Of a stretch of DNA of 64,000 nt, positions 16,401 through 23,952 are shown piece after piece. Where the stretch lies: the IMG/VR virus record IMGVR_UViG_3300035701_000001; one strand, written 5' to 3'. Position numbers and translations under genes: made by a program. The notes under the pieces were generated by a model. That model made no database searches, was not told the origin of the DNA, and saw nothing but the letters and a program-made list of their open reading frames with translations. This DNA is from a virus. The number at the start of each line of letters is the position of its first letter. The first letter of the stretch is position 1.

Positions 16401-16429
16401 TTGACGACCACCTTTGAACCAGGTACATC
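16401..16429 (+). promoter_or_regulatory. promoter of tRNA block 2
   Basis: TTGACG-N17-TACATC. Confidence 0.5.
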
Positions 16430-16457
16430 ATCCTTGTCTTACAGGAGTTCGTCTACC

Positions 16458-16583
16458 GTGTCTCCATTTGCCAAAACAAACGCCCAAACCGCAGCCATTC
16501 GGCCCGAAAGGTCCGGGTGCGTCGGTATGGTGCGCGAGCAGGCGAATCACCCGACGGTGAACCGGGGGCGCGGCATGCGGTAG
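16458..16583 (+). CDS. putative attenuator leader peptide 2 (MSPFAKTNAQTAAIRPERSGCVGMVREQANHPTVNRGRGMR)
   Basis: AGGAG RBS, GTG start, 41 codons, antiterminator arm at 3' end. Confidence 0.6.
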   Translation: MSPFAKTNAQTAAIRPERSGCVGMVREQANHPTVNRGRGMR

Positions 16584-16604
16584 ACGATTTTCACCTACCC
16601 GACC

Positions 16605-16650
16605 GAGGCCCCCGGCAGAGCAATCTTCCGGGGGCTTCGTCGTTTTCTGT
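16605..16650 (+). terminator. attenuator/terminator hairpin upstream of tRNA block 2
   Basis: GAGGCCCCCGG/CCGGGGGCTTC stem then T-rich tract. Confidence 0.7.
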
Positions 16651-16677
16651 TCTTTGATTTTTTGAACTTTTTGCTCC

Positions 16678-16753
16678 GGGGATGAAGCTGAATTGGAACA
16701 GCCCCGCGCTACGGACGCGGAGAATGCCCGTTCGATCCGGGTCATCCCCGCCA
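16678..16753 (+). tRNA. trnR: tRNA-Arg(ACG)
   Basis: CCGCG-CTACGGA-CGCGG. Confidence 0.9.
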
Positions 16754-16797
16754 TTTCGAAGCTCTTTTCCATCCTGAATACGAATGGTCTTGTACAC

Positions 16798-16886
16798 GAT
16801 GTTCCTGACCGGAGAGGGTCGAGTCCATCGGCGGACGCAGGGAAACCGTGCACGTCGGTGGGTGCTCCCCTCTTCGGCAGGACATC
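16798..16886 (+). ncRNA. unidentified rod-like RNA in tRNA array
   Basis: GATGTTCCTG..GGAGAGGG / CCCCTCTTC..CAGGACATC stem, inner stem capped by GAAA. Confidence 0.4.
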
Positions 16887-16891
16887 CCTTG

Positions 16892-16965
16892 GTTCCCGTA
16901 GCGCAGATGCACAGCGCGCCGCGCTCCGGACGCGGAGGTCACCGGTTGGAATCCGGTCGGGAACG
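16892..16965 (+). tRNA. trnR: tRNA-Arg(CCG), C19:G56 variant
   Basis: CCGCG-CTCCGGA-CGCGG; D loop AGATGCACA, T loop TTGGAAT. Confidence 0.85.
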
Positions 16966-16973
16966 CCTTCTAT

Positions 16974-17050
16974 GGTAAGCGAAGTTCTATTGGTTGAACG
17001 CCGGGTTGTGGCCTCGGAGGGTGCGGGTTCGATCCCCGTCGCTTACCCCA
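16974..17050 (+). tRNA. trnH: tRNA-His(GTG)
   Basis: G-1 and C73; TT-GTG-GC loop. Confidence 0.9.
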
Positions 17051-17158
17051 GTTCGGCAATGCGGACACGGTGTAAGCAGCCCCCGCGTTGCCGGGCTGTC
17101 CCAGCGGGACGTTTTTGAGGTCCTGTGAGTGCAGTCGCTTGCGACTGCCGGGACAGCC
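17051..17158 (+). ncRNA. unidentified structured RNA in tRNA array
   Basis: 14-bp hairpin 17051-17096 plus three-way junction GGCTGTCCC/GGGACAGCC. Confidence 0.4.
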
Positions 17159-17166
17159 TGGTTTTC

Positions 17167-17243
17167 GGGGTGGTAGTTGAGTCGGTCACAACACCGGCCT
17201 GTCACGTCGGAGTTCGCGGGTTCGAGCCCCGTCCATCCCGCCA
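17167..17243 (+). tRNA. trnD: tRNA-Asp(GTC)
   Basis: CCGGC-CTGTCAC-GTCGG. Confidence 0.9.
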
Positions 17244-17292
17244 TTTTGGAGGTCCACATGACCCGATTGAAACGTCGGTCGATCTACCCCGT

Positions 17293-17365
17293 GGGGCGGT
17301 AGGTCAACTGGCAGACAAACGGCCTTTTAAGCCGATAGTTCCGGGTTCGAGTCCCGGTCGCCCCA
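17293..17365 (+). tRNA. trnK: tRNA-Lys(TTT)
   Basis: CT-TTT-AA loop. Confidence 0.9.
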
Positions 17366-17373
17366 CTCCCTTT

Positions 17374-17450
17374 CCGAGCGTAGCGCAGCCTGGTAGCGCA
17401 CAAGCCTTGGGCGCTTGTGGTCAGAGGTTCAAATCCTCTCGCTCGGACCA
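17374..17450 (+). tRNA. trnP: tRNA-Pro(TGG)
   Basis: CAAGC-CTTGGGC-GCTTG. Confidence 0.9.
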
Positions 17451-17457
17451 TTTCTTT

Positions 17458-17571
17458 TCCGCCTCGCAGCGGAACCTGCCGTCGGGGGCGGGACCGGGTT
17501 TCCACGGGACAGCAACCTGTGAAACGCGGATAGGGAAACCCCGGTACACTCCTTTCCGATGGGCGAGGGAA
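17458..17571 (+). ncRNA. unidentified rod-like RNA in tRNA array
   Basis: Nested stems CCTCGC/GCGAGG, CCGTCGG/CCGATGG, ACCGGGTTTCC/GGAAACCCCGGT, CACGGG/CCTGTG. Confidence 0.4.
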
Positions 17572-17586
17572 GGAGCCCGATTCTTC

Positions 17587-17659
17587 GTTCCCATCGTCTA
17601 GTGGTCCAGGATGGCGGACTCTCGATCCGTCGACACCGGTTCGAATCCGGTTGGGAATG
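17587..17659 (+). tRNA. trnE: tRNA-Glu(CTC)
   Basis: GCGGA-CTCTCGA-TCCGT. Confidence 0.9.
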
Positions 17660-17670
17660 CCTTTTCAGAT

Positions 17671-17687
17671 GGACACACGATGTGTCC
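17671..17687. promoter_or_regulatory. operator copy
   Basis: GGACACA-CGA-TGTGTCC palindrome. Confidence 0.6.
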
Positions 17688-17748
17688 AATGGTACGTCTT
17701 CTCCGAGGTCAATCCATGAACTCCAGGTCTCGTTCAAAGCAGGAAGCG

Positions 17749-18207
17749 ATGGACAACCGATACCCTCTCTGGGTCGACTCCAGTGAACGGTTCAACCTGC
17801 GGGAGGTCGCCCCCAACCTTTACGTGGGCTCCCAGTGGTCGTTGGAGTGCAGGGATTGGCGGGCGGTCGTGGATCTCACGGGAAGCAGCCGCAGCGATCC
17901 CACTGCATATGGACGTTGCGACCGGCTCCTGCGCTGGACCCTGCATGACGGGGATCCCTTCCCGGAGGGATCCCTCACGGCCATCGAGGGATTCTGCCGG
18001 GACCGGAGTGGTCCGATCCTTCTGCACTGCGCGGCGGGTCTCTCCCGGTCCGCCTCCGCTGCCTACGGAATCCTGAGGACCCACCACCGGCTGCCTCCGA
18101 GGGAAGCCCTCCGCAGGATTCGGGTCCTGCCTCAGTTTCCCGTGAAGGAGACCTTGCTTTCTGTGGAACAGTGGGTCCGTCGCTGGAAATATCGGAATTC
18201 CAGGTAG
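17749..18207 (+). CDS. dual-specificity/tyrosine phosphatase family protein
   Basis: HCAAGLSRSA (CX5R) P-loop; LYVGS and DGDP motifs. Confidence 0.85.
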   Translation: MDNRYPLWVDSSERFNLREVAPNLYVGSQWSLECRDWRAVVDLTGSSRSDPTAYGRCDRLLRWTLHDGDPFPEGSLTAIEGFCRDRSGPILLHCAAGLSRSASAAYGILRTHHRLPPREALRRIRVLPQFPVKETLLSVEQWVRRWKYRNSR

Positions 18208-18279
18208 AGTGGAGACGGGAGATGGTCCTGTGACGTTCTTCCCTTCTGCGGATAGAAGAGAAGAAAGAGAAGATATTCC

Positions 18280-18768
18280 ATGCATTCCCTGGTCTGGCTC
18301 GGTGCACTCGTTCTCGGTGGCTCGGCTCTGGCCTCGCGCGAGTCGAAGCCATCGGGTCCTGAGCAAGATCCCCGTTTTCAGCCGGTGGGTCCAGGGAGAG
18401 ATCCCGAGACATTCGGGGGGCAGGAAGAAGCGGTCCGTCTGGCGGATGCACTCGTAGCCCTCTGTGATTACGCCGAGGAAAACTGGGAGGAACTCGGGAT
18501 TCACAGAGTCCGGGTTCCTGAGGACCAGGGGGGTACCCTGGAAGGGATCCTCATTGAGCACTCCGTGCATGGAGCCGAATTCGTGATCCTCTCCCAGGCA
18601 CTCGAACTGGCAGAGCAGTACGAGGTCCGAGCCGTCCACGTCCTCTCGGACAAGGGGATCTTCATCGGATTCACTCCGCTGTTCTCCACGTCGTTCGAGC
18701 CCATCGACCCCGCATTCGTTAACCAGGGATTGCTGTGGAGGTCATACGGCAATCCCCTGTGGAAATGA
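18280..18768 (+). CDS. membrane-anchored hypothetical protein (WLGA family 1)
   Basis: MHSLVWLGALVLGGSALAS N-terminus. Confidence 0.75.
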   Translation: MHSLVWLGALVLGGSALASRESKPSGPEQDPRFQPVGPGRDPETFGGQEEAVRLADALVALCDYAEENWEELGIHRVRVPEDQGGTLEGILIEHSVHGAEFVILSQALELAEQYEVRAVHVLSDKGIFIGFTPLFSTSFEPIDPAFVNQGLLWRSYGNPLWK

Positions 18769-18814
18769 CGGGGTAGGGATTTATGGATAGGAAAGGGGAA
18801 AGAGAGGACATTCC

Positions 18815-19513
18815 ATGGCACACAAGACCGACTTCACTCCCCTGTACTGGCTTGGCGCGGCGTTGGTCGGCGCGTGGGCATTGTCTTCTGGAGGTTCGAA
18901 GGAAGAAAGGAGACTGGAAGGTCACCGGGGAAGGGCACAGGAACCCTACAGGACTGAAGAGCCACCACGGGAACCCGTCTCGCAGATGCAGACGAGAATC
19001 CCCGGAGGATCGGAAAGGGTCGAATCCGAGGTCCAGAGGAGAAAACCTGTCTCTTCCACAATGGGTCCCCAGAGAGCCAGTGTGGAAGAACAGGCCAGAC
19101 AAGCGGCAAAGGAAATGATCCCTGCCCAGGGGGAGGTCCAGTCTGTGGATCCGGGGGATGAGACGACTCTGATCTACCGGTATCCATCGGAGGATTGGCT
19201 CGGGACGCCCACAAAGACCCCCTGGGGGATTGCACGGTCTGCCCAGATGTTTGGAATCACAGGGTACATCTTCCCCGATGCGGCGGGTCGATACCCGATG
19301 TACGCCGCACAGGTCGAAGAAGGGATTTTCTATCCCTACTACTTGGTCTCCAAAGGAAAAGTGATTCCTGCGAAGTCCACCTTTGAGATCCTGTCCCTCG
19401 ATCCCTCCAAGGCCGAAGGCAAGGTCTACCTTTTCTCTCCGGACAATCCGAAGGACGTTCCCGGAAGAAAAGCTGTTCTGCAGGGAGGTCGGGTGAAAAT
19501 GGAGCAGGAGTGA
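18815..19513 (+). CDS. membrane-anchored hypothetical protein (WLGA family 2)
   Basis: LYWLGAALVGAWALSS; TPWGIA, FPDAAGRYP. Confidence 0.75.
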   Translation: MAHKTDFTPLYWLGAALVGAWALSSGGSKEERRLEGHRGRAQEPYRTEEPPREPVSQMQTRIPGGSERVESEVQRRKPVSSTMGPQRASVEEQARQAAKEMIPAQGEVQSVDPGDETTLIYRYPSEDWLGTPTKTPWGIARSAQMFGITGYIFPDAAGRYPMYAAQVEEGIFYPYYLVSKGKVIPAKSTFEILSLDPSKAEGKVYLFSPDNPKDVPGRKAVLQGGRVKMEQE

Positions 19514-19576
19514 GCTTGTTCCAGGAATGACATTGGGATGTGCTGCGGATAAGAAGGGGAAAAGAGAGGTCGTGTC

Positions 19577-20671
19577 ATGAATTCCCTGTACTGGCTCGGC
19601 GCGGCATTGCTCGGGGGTTGGCTGGCCTCGGGCTACGGAGAGAAGACGGAGGCGACTCCCTCTCGTCCGGCTCCGATCCCTCCCCGTCGGAATGGGACCG
19701 GACATGGGGATCAAGGTCAGGAGAGATACCCCGAGGAACCGGTCCAGGAACGCGAAGGGGCCGAATCAGGTCTTTTCGAGCAGGAAGAGCAGTTCGGACG
19801 CAAAAAGCCACAGCCATCGAAACACGAAGTTCGTACCGGGACTCCTCCTGCCAAGCCCAAGAAGAAGCCCGCTGCCATTGCCCAGAGCGATGCACTCGGA
19901 CTTGACCTCAACCCCATCTCCCGCCTGGCAACTTTCTCGAATTGTGAGGCCGAGAAGGTGGCAGCGCAGGAAGCCATCCGTCCTTTCTCGGAGCCGGTCC
20001 CGAAGACGCCCAGGACATCCCTGGTTGCTCCCCCTCCTCCGCCCCTCGACTTCGACGAAGAACTGGATCTCCTCGAAGAGGGAATCGAGTCCGAATTCTT
20101 CGAGGGTGTTCCGGAAGGAAAAGGACCCGTTTCTGCCAAGGCAAAGAAGTCAGCCCGGATCGAAACCCAGAACCGGGCAGTCCAGCGTGGGAAAGAAAAC
20201 GTCATCTCGGAGTTTTCCCTCGAAGGATCCTCAGAAGGCCCCGAGGAAGACGAAGAGGAAGACTGGCTCGACTGGGCCGAGGCCGAGTTTTCAGAAGAGG
20301 CGATGACCCAGTGGCAGGAATTCGGCCGCAAGCCCAAGGGATCTATGGCGGGACCCGGCAGCGAGTTCGAGGATCTGGAGTCTGCCGACCCCTACGCGAA
20401 CCTCGGCAACATCTACAGCACACCTGCAGGACCCGTACGGCATCGTCAGATCGACACGCCGGACGGCCCCCGCAACCTCTACACGTTCCCCGATGCTCAG
20501 GGCCAGTACCCGACCGTCTTCGATACACCGGACGGTCCCCGCTACGTCTATCCGGGGACTCTGCCGGGACAGACCGTCGAGGCTGTGACGGAACGGCGGG
20601 GGGATTCGTACTTCCACATGTCTCCGCAGCGGCTTGTCGATCTGGATTCACTTGGGCTTTCGGTCGAATGA
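19577..20671 (+). CDS. membrane-anchored acidic hypothetical protein (WLGA family 3)
   Basis: MNSLYWLGAALLGGWLAS; FPDAQGQYP. Confidence 0.75.
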   Translation: MNSLYWLGAALLGGWLASGYGEKTEATPSRPAPIPPRRNGTGHGDQGQERYPEEPVQEREGAESGLFEQEEQFGRKKPQPSKHEVRTGTPPAKPKKKPAAIAQSDALGLDLNPISRLATFSNCEAEKVAAQEAIRPFSEPVPKTPRTSLVAPPPPPLDFDEELDLLEEGIESEFFEGVPEGKGPVSAKAKKSARIETQNRAVQRGKENVISEFSLEGSSEGPEEDEEEDWLDWAEAEFSEEAMTQWQEFGRKPKGSMAGPGSEFEDLESADPYANLGNIYSTPAGPVRHRQIDTPDGPRNLYTFPDAQGQYPTVFDTPDGPRYVYPGTLPGQTVEAVTERRGDSYFHMSPQRLVDLDSLGLSVE

Positions 20672-20746
20672 CCCCCTTGTTTTTTGCCACTTCTTCCTTC
20701 AACTCATCTTGTTCTTCGGGATATAGAAGAGCAGGAGGATGTCTTC

Positions 20747-21721
20747 ATGCACCCTGTGATCTGGATCGGCAGCCTCGTCCTCGGGGCCTGGGCTCTCTCG
20801 GGAACCTCGAAGAGAAAGGAACCTCCTGTCGCAGGTTCTCCCGAACCTTCTCGCTCCGTAGGGTTCCTGGGTCGTCCTCGCTATGGAGCTACGGAAATCC
20901 GGCAGGTTTCCCCAGATGAACTTGGGCTTCTTGTTGAAGTACCCTGGGGAATAGTAGCGAAAGCACGGCAACAAACGCTGAAAGATGGCTGGACTCACAC
21001 GTTTTTTCCTGACGCACGTGGAAAATTTCCCATCTGGGCAATCGGCCAGCACTACTACTACTTGCCTCCAGGCGACCCGTGGACAGATCAGTGGGCAATG
21101 TCCTCGACGTACGCCGATCCGTTCGATCCTCCGACAAGGAAGAGGATTTTCACCGTTCCTTCCAAAGATCCTCAGTACTTCGACCTGGTCGATAGAATGA
21201 CTGAAATCAATCTGGACGAAGCCTATGCAGGGCGGAAGTCACGTTCGGACCGTTTCGGGGCAGTGACGGAGGAGGACCGCCTGGCTGTAGCCATCCGGGA
21301 ATTCAGGCGCGCAGCCGAGGAGTTCAAACCGCACTATGACAGGGGGGACTCCGTCCTGAATGCGAAGACCTCGGACAGCAAGGGTAGGCCCCTTGTTGGC
21401 GTTCTCACCCCTGTGGGGGACTGGGAATACGGGAAACCCATCAACTACGGCGTGGACTATCTCCATGGAGAGGCCTGTCGCATCGCGGAGAAGTACCGGG
21501 TGAGGGCAGCGATGTCTCCGGTGGTGTCCGTTGGGGAGAACCAAGGGGTCGTCATCGGACTCACGTCGGCTTGGAACCCAGCATTCCAGACTCTCTTCCG
21601 TGGACAGAATCCAGAGCTTCAATGGGGGAGAGCCAGTCTGAAGGGACTCCAGTACCAGACAGGCATCTTGCCACGTCCTGGTTCGGGGGACTCGTACGGG
21701 AAGAAGGCCTCCGAGATCTAA
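20747..21721 (+). CDS. membrane-anchored hypothetical protein (WLGA family 4)
   Basis: MHPVIWIGSLVLGAWALSG; VPWGIV, FPDARGKFP; GGAGG RBS. Confidence 0.75.
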   Translation: MHPVIWIGSLVLGAWALSGTSKRKEPPVAGSPEPSRSVGFLGRPRYGATEIRQVSPDELGLLVEVPWGIVAKARQQTLKDGWTHTFFPDARGKFPIWAIGQHYYYLPPGDPWTDQWAMSSTYADPFDPPTRKRIFTVPSKDPQYFDLVDRMTEINLDEAYAGRKSRSDRFGAVTEEDRLAVAIREFRRAAEEFKPHYDRGDSVLNAKTSDSKGRPLVGVLTPVGDWEYGKPINYGVDYLHGEACRIAEKYRVRAAMSPVVSVGENQGVVIGLTSAWNPAFQTLFRGQNPELQWGRASLKGLQYQTGILPRPGSGDSYGKKASEI

Positions 21722-21794
21722 CGCAATCGAATAGCGCACCAGATTGGGGATCTGGTGAGTGATCGTTCCAATCAGGTGGTCCCGACTTGTTCAT

Positions 21795-21871
21795 GGGGTT
21801 GTAGCTCAGTTCGGGAGAGCGCGGCGTCCGCAACGCCGAGGCCGGGGGTTCGACTCCCCTCGACTCCACCA
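21795..21871 (+). tRNA. trnA: tRNA-Ala(CGC)
   Basis: CGGCG-TCCGCAA-CGCCG; G3:U70. Confidence 0.9.
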
Positions 21872-21876
21872 TTCAT

Positions 21877-21949
21877 GGGCCTGTAGTTCATCTGGGAGAA
21901 CACCTCGGTGGCATCGAGGAGGCAGTCGGTTCGAGTCCGATCAGGTCCA
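21877..21949 (+). tRNA. trnA: tRNA-Ala(GGC)
   Basis: CCTCG-GTGGCAT-CGAGG. Confidence 0.85.
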
Positions 21950-21958
21950 CTATTTCAC

Positions 21959-22035
21959 GGGGTTGTAGCTCAATGGTTTAGAGCAATCGGCCGTTAACCG
22001 ATAGGCTGTCCGTTCGAGTCGGACCTTCCCCGCCA
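21959..22035 (+). tRNA. trnN: tRNA-Asn(GTT), two U-U mismatches in acceptor
   Basis: ATCGG-CCGTTAA-CCGAT. Confidence 0.8.
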
Positions 22036-22040
22036 TCTTT

Positions 22041-22128
22041 GGGACGGTAGCTCAGTTGGGTAGAGCGCGGTTCTGATAAGACCGAGGCCGAGAGGATTTC
22101 GTGGGTTCGAGCCCCGCCCGTCCCACCA
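22041..22128 (+). tRNA. trnI: tRNA-Ile(GAT), enlarged variable region
   Basis: CGGTT-CTGATAA-GACCG. Confidence 0.85.
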
Positions 22129-22129
22129 T

Positions 22130-22206
22130 TGTCCCCTAGTTCAATTGGCAGAACGCTCGGCTCTGGACCGAGAGGTTTCAAGGTTCGAACCCTTGGGGGA
22201 CAACCA
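22130..22206 (+). tRNA. trnQ: tRNA-Gln(CTG)
   Basis: CTCGG-CTCTGGA-CCGAG. Confidence 0.9.
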
Positions 22207-22212
22207 TCTCGT

Positions 22213-22285
22213 GTCGGTGTAGCCCAAAGGCTGGGCACGACGCTGCAAACGTCGAAGAATGCCGGTTCGAATCCGGCCGCCGACT
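22213..22285 (+). tRNA. trnC: tRNA-Cys(GCA)
   Basis: CGACG-CTGCAAA-CGTCG; U73. Confidence 0.85.
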
Positions 22286-22292
22286 CCCTCTT

Positions 22293-22368
22293 CGGGGTGT
22301 AGCTCAGTTGGAGGAGCGCCTGGTTCGGGACCAGGAGGTTTTCGCCGGTTCGAGCCCGGCCACCCCGA
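22293..22368 (+). tRNA. trnP: tRNA-Pro(CGG)
   Basis: CCTGG-TTCGGGA-CCAGG. Confidence 0.9.
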
Positions 22369-22454
22369 CTCCTTCGTGTTACAACAAGGATACCGGCAGG
22401 CCGTGAGCCGGGACAACCGCACGGTACCTTCACCTCGATGTCAGGGAGAACGAC

Positions 22455-22883
22455 ATGAGACAGGTGCGTGCGAAGTTCCGGTGCATGGAGATCAGCCGTT
22501 TCTGGAACGGGGGGTGTACGCTCGTACGTTTTTTGCCTGTCATGGCAAAGAATGGATGCCGTGCGGACGAAGAGACCGCCAGCGAGGAGAACGCAGCCTT
22601 CTGGCAGGCAACCCCTTCCGGAGAAGCCAAGCTCCAGTTCCCCACGCTCGACCCCGTGTCCTACGAGATCGGGCACTGCTACTACCTCGACATGCGTCCA
22701 GACGAACAGGGGAGTTGGAAGCTCACCGAGCGCAAGCACAGTGAAGGCCAACTCGGGGTTGTCCTGTCCTGCTCCTGGCGGGACTCGGTCAGCATGAACA
22801 TCTGCAACGAGTCAGCCTGGGATGCCTTCGACGGTCCCATCGGGGGACCCTGGTCTGTCGAGTTCACGCACGCGGGGCCGTAG
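22455..22883 (+). CDS. hypothetical protein inside tRNA array
   Basis: 142 aa, GGAGA RBS, VRAKFRC and ENAAFWQATPSG motifs. Confidence 0.75.
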   Translation: MRQVRAKFRCMEISRFWNGGCTLVRFLPVMAKNGCRADEETASEENAAFWQATPSGEAKLQFPTLDPVSYEIGHCYYLDMRPDEQGSWKLTERKHSEGQLGVVLSCSWRDSVSMNICNESAWDAFDGPIGGPWSVEFTHAGP

Positions 22884-22898
22884 CGCTCCTTCTTTTGC

Positions 22899-22969
22899 CG
22901 GGGCGTTGGCAAGCGGCAAGCCACCAGGCTTTGGTCCTGGCATCGCAGGTTCGAATCCTGTCGCCCCCA
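22899..22969 (+). tRNA. trnQ: tRNA-Gln(TTG)
   Basis: CCAGG-CTTTGGT-CCTGG. Confidence 0.85.
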
Positions 22970-22977
22970 CCTTCGAA

Positions 22978-23054
22978 GGCAGCGTACCTCAGTTGGCCAG
23001 AGGAGGGCGCTCATATCGCCACGGTCGCCGGTTCGAGTCCGGCCGCTGCCACCA
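22978..23054 (+). tRNA. tRNA-Met/Ile2(CAT)
   Basis: CT-CAT-AT loop; identity Met vs Ile2 not resolved. Confidence 0.8.
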
Positions 23055-23063
23055 TCCTTTCAT

Positions 23064-23141
23064 CCGGCTGTAGCTCAGCCTGCTCAGAGCGCGTGGTCGG
23101 GGACCACGAGGTCGCCCGTTGAAGTCGGGCCAGCCGGACCA
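23064..23141 (+). tRNA. trnP: tRNA-Pro(GGG), C19:G56 variant
   Basis: CGTGG-TCGGGGA-CCACG; D loop AGCCTGCTCA, T loop TTGAAGT. Confidence 0.85.
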
Positions 23142-23145
23142 TTTT

Positions 23146-23220
23146 GCGGGTATGGCGCAATGGTAGCGCATCGGGTTGCCAATCCGAAGGTTGCCGGTTC
23201 GACTCCGGTTGCCCGCTCCA
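23146..23220 (+). tRNA. trnG: tRNA-Gly(GCC)
   Basis: TCGGG-TTGCCAA-TCCGA. Confidence 0.9.
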
Positions 23221-23339
23221 CTTTGAAATAATCTACAAAAAACGAAAGAAACGAAAATAATGACACAGAACTTGTATAGTCCGAGGCTTGGACTATACAG
23301 TTCCTGTGCAATTTCAAGAAAGATGCAGGTTCCTTCGTT

Positions 23340-23412
23340 GCTGACATAGCTCAGCCGGTAGAGCAGTGGTTTTGTAAACCTCAGGTCGTCGGTTCGAACC
23401 CGACTGTCAGCT
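23340..23412 (+). tRNA. trnT: tRNA-Thr(TGT)
   Basis: TT-TGT-AA loop. Confidence 0.9.
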
Positions 23413-23422
23413 TTCCTTCCTC

Positions 23423-23500
23423 GCCCCAGTAGCTCAGGTGGATCAGAGCGCGTCCTTGGTAAGGACGAGGTCATCGGTTCAAGTCCGATTTGGGGCTCCA
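23423..23500 (+). tRNA. trnT: tRNA-Thr(GGT)
   Basis: CGTCC-TTGGTAA-GGACG. Confidence 0.9.
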
Positions 23501-23506
23501 TTTTGT

Positions 23507-23584
23507 GCCTCAGTAGCTCAGATTGCTTGGAGCGCCTGCTTCGTACGCAGGAGGTCGTCGGTTGGAATCCGACCTGAGGCTCCA
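23507..23584 (+). tRNA. trnT: tRNA-Thr(CGT), C19:G56 variant
   Basis: CCTGC-TTCGTAC-GCAGG; D loop AGATTGCTTG, T loop TTGGAAT. Confidence 0.85.
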
Positions 23585-23587
23585 TTT

Positions 23588-23719
23588 CTCAGGACGCATC
23601 GAACGAGGCTAGGGCCCGTGTCTCCCTTCGGAATCGGTGGGAGGAGCTTCGGCTTCGTTTGCACCACCCCAACGCGGTGGATAATCGGGGTGGGAAGCGT
23701 GCGGATGACCTGTCCTGGG
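23588..23719 (+). ncRNA. unidentified multibranch RNA in tRNA array
   Basis: Terminal TCAGGAC/GTCCTGG stem enclosing CTCCC/GGGAG, GAGC-TTCG-GCTT and CCACCCC/GGGGTGG hairpins. Confidence 0.35.
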
Positions 23720-23727
23720 ATCTATTT

Positions 23728-23799
23728 GCGGGAGTAGCTCAATGGTAGAGCGCCAGCCTTCCAAGCTGGCCGTTGCGGGTTCGAGTCCCGTTTCCCGCT
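23728..23799 (+). tRNA. trnG: tRNA-Gly(TCC)
   Basis: CCAGC-CTTCCAA-GCTGG. Confidence 0.9.
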
Positions 23800-23807
23800 C
23801 TTTTTCC

Positions 23808-23882
23808 GGGTGTGTAGCTCAATGGTGGAGCACCGTTTCGACATGGCGGAGGCCGTTGGTTCGAGTCCAATCACACCCACCA
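23808..23882 (+). tRNA. trnV: tRNA-Val(GAC)
   Basis: CCGTT-TCGACAT-GGCGG. Confidence 0.85.
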
Positions 23883-23888
23883 TTTCTT

Positions 23889-23926
23889 GGGGACGTAGCT
23901 CAGTTGGGAGAGCGGCGTTGCACGCG
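23889..23926 (+). pseudogene. truncated 5' half of tRNA-Ala(TGC)
   Basis: GGGGACGTAGCTCAGTTGGGAGAGCGGCGTTGCACGCG with no T arm or 3' acceptor. Confidence 0.7.
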
Positions 23927-23952
23927 TAGTCCAGGTATGGTAGCACTAGGCT

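Noticed and set aside
16798-16886. SRP (4.5S) RNA
   Set aside because: Lacks the conserved helix-8 internal-loop sequence
21712-21786. Extra tRNA-Pro(GGG)
   Set aside because: Anticodon arm CCAGA-TTGGGGA-TCTGG is good, but the T stem and acceptor are broken; at most a relic
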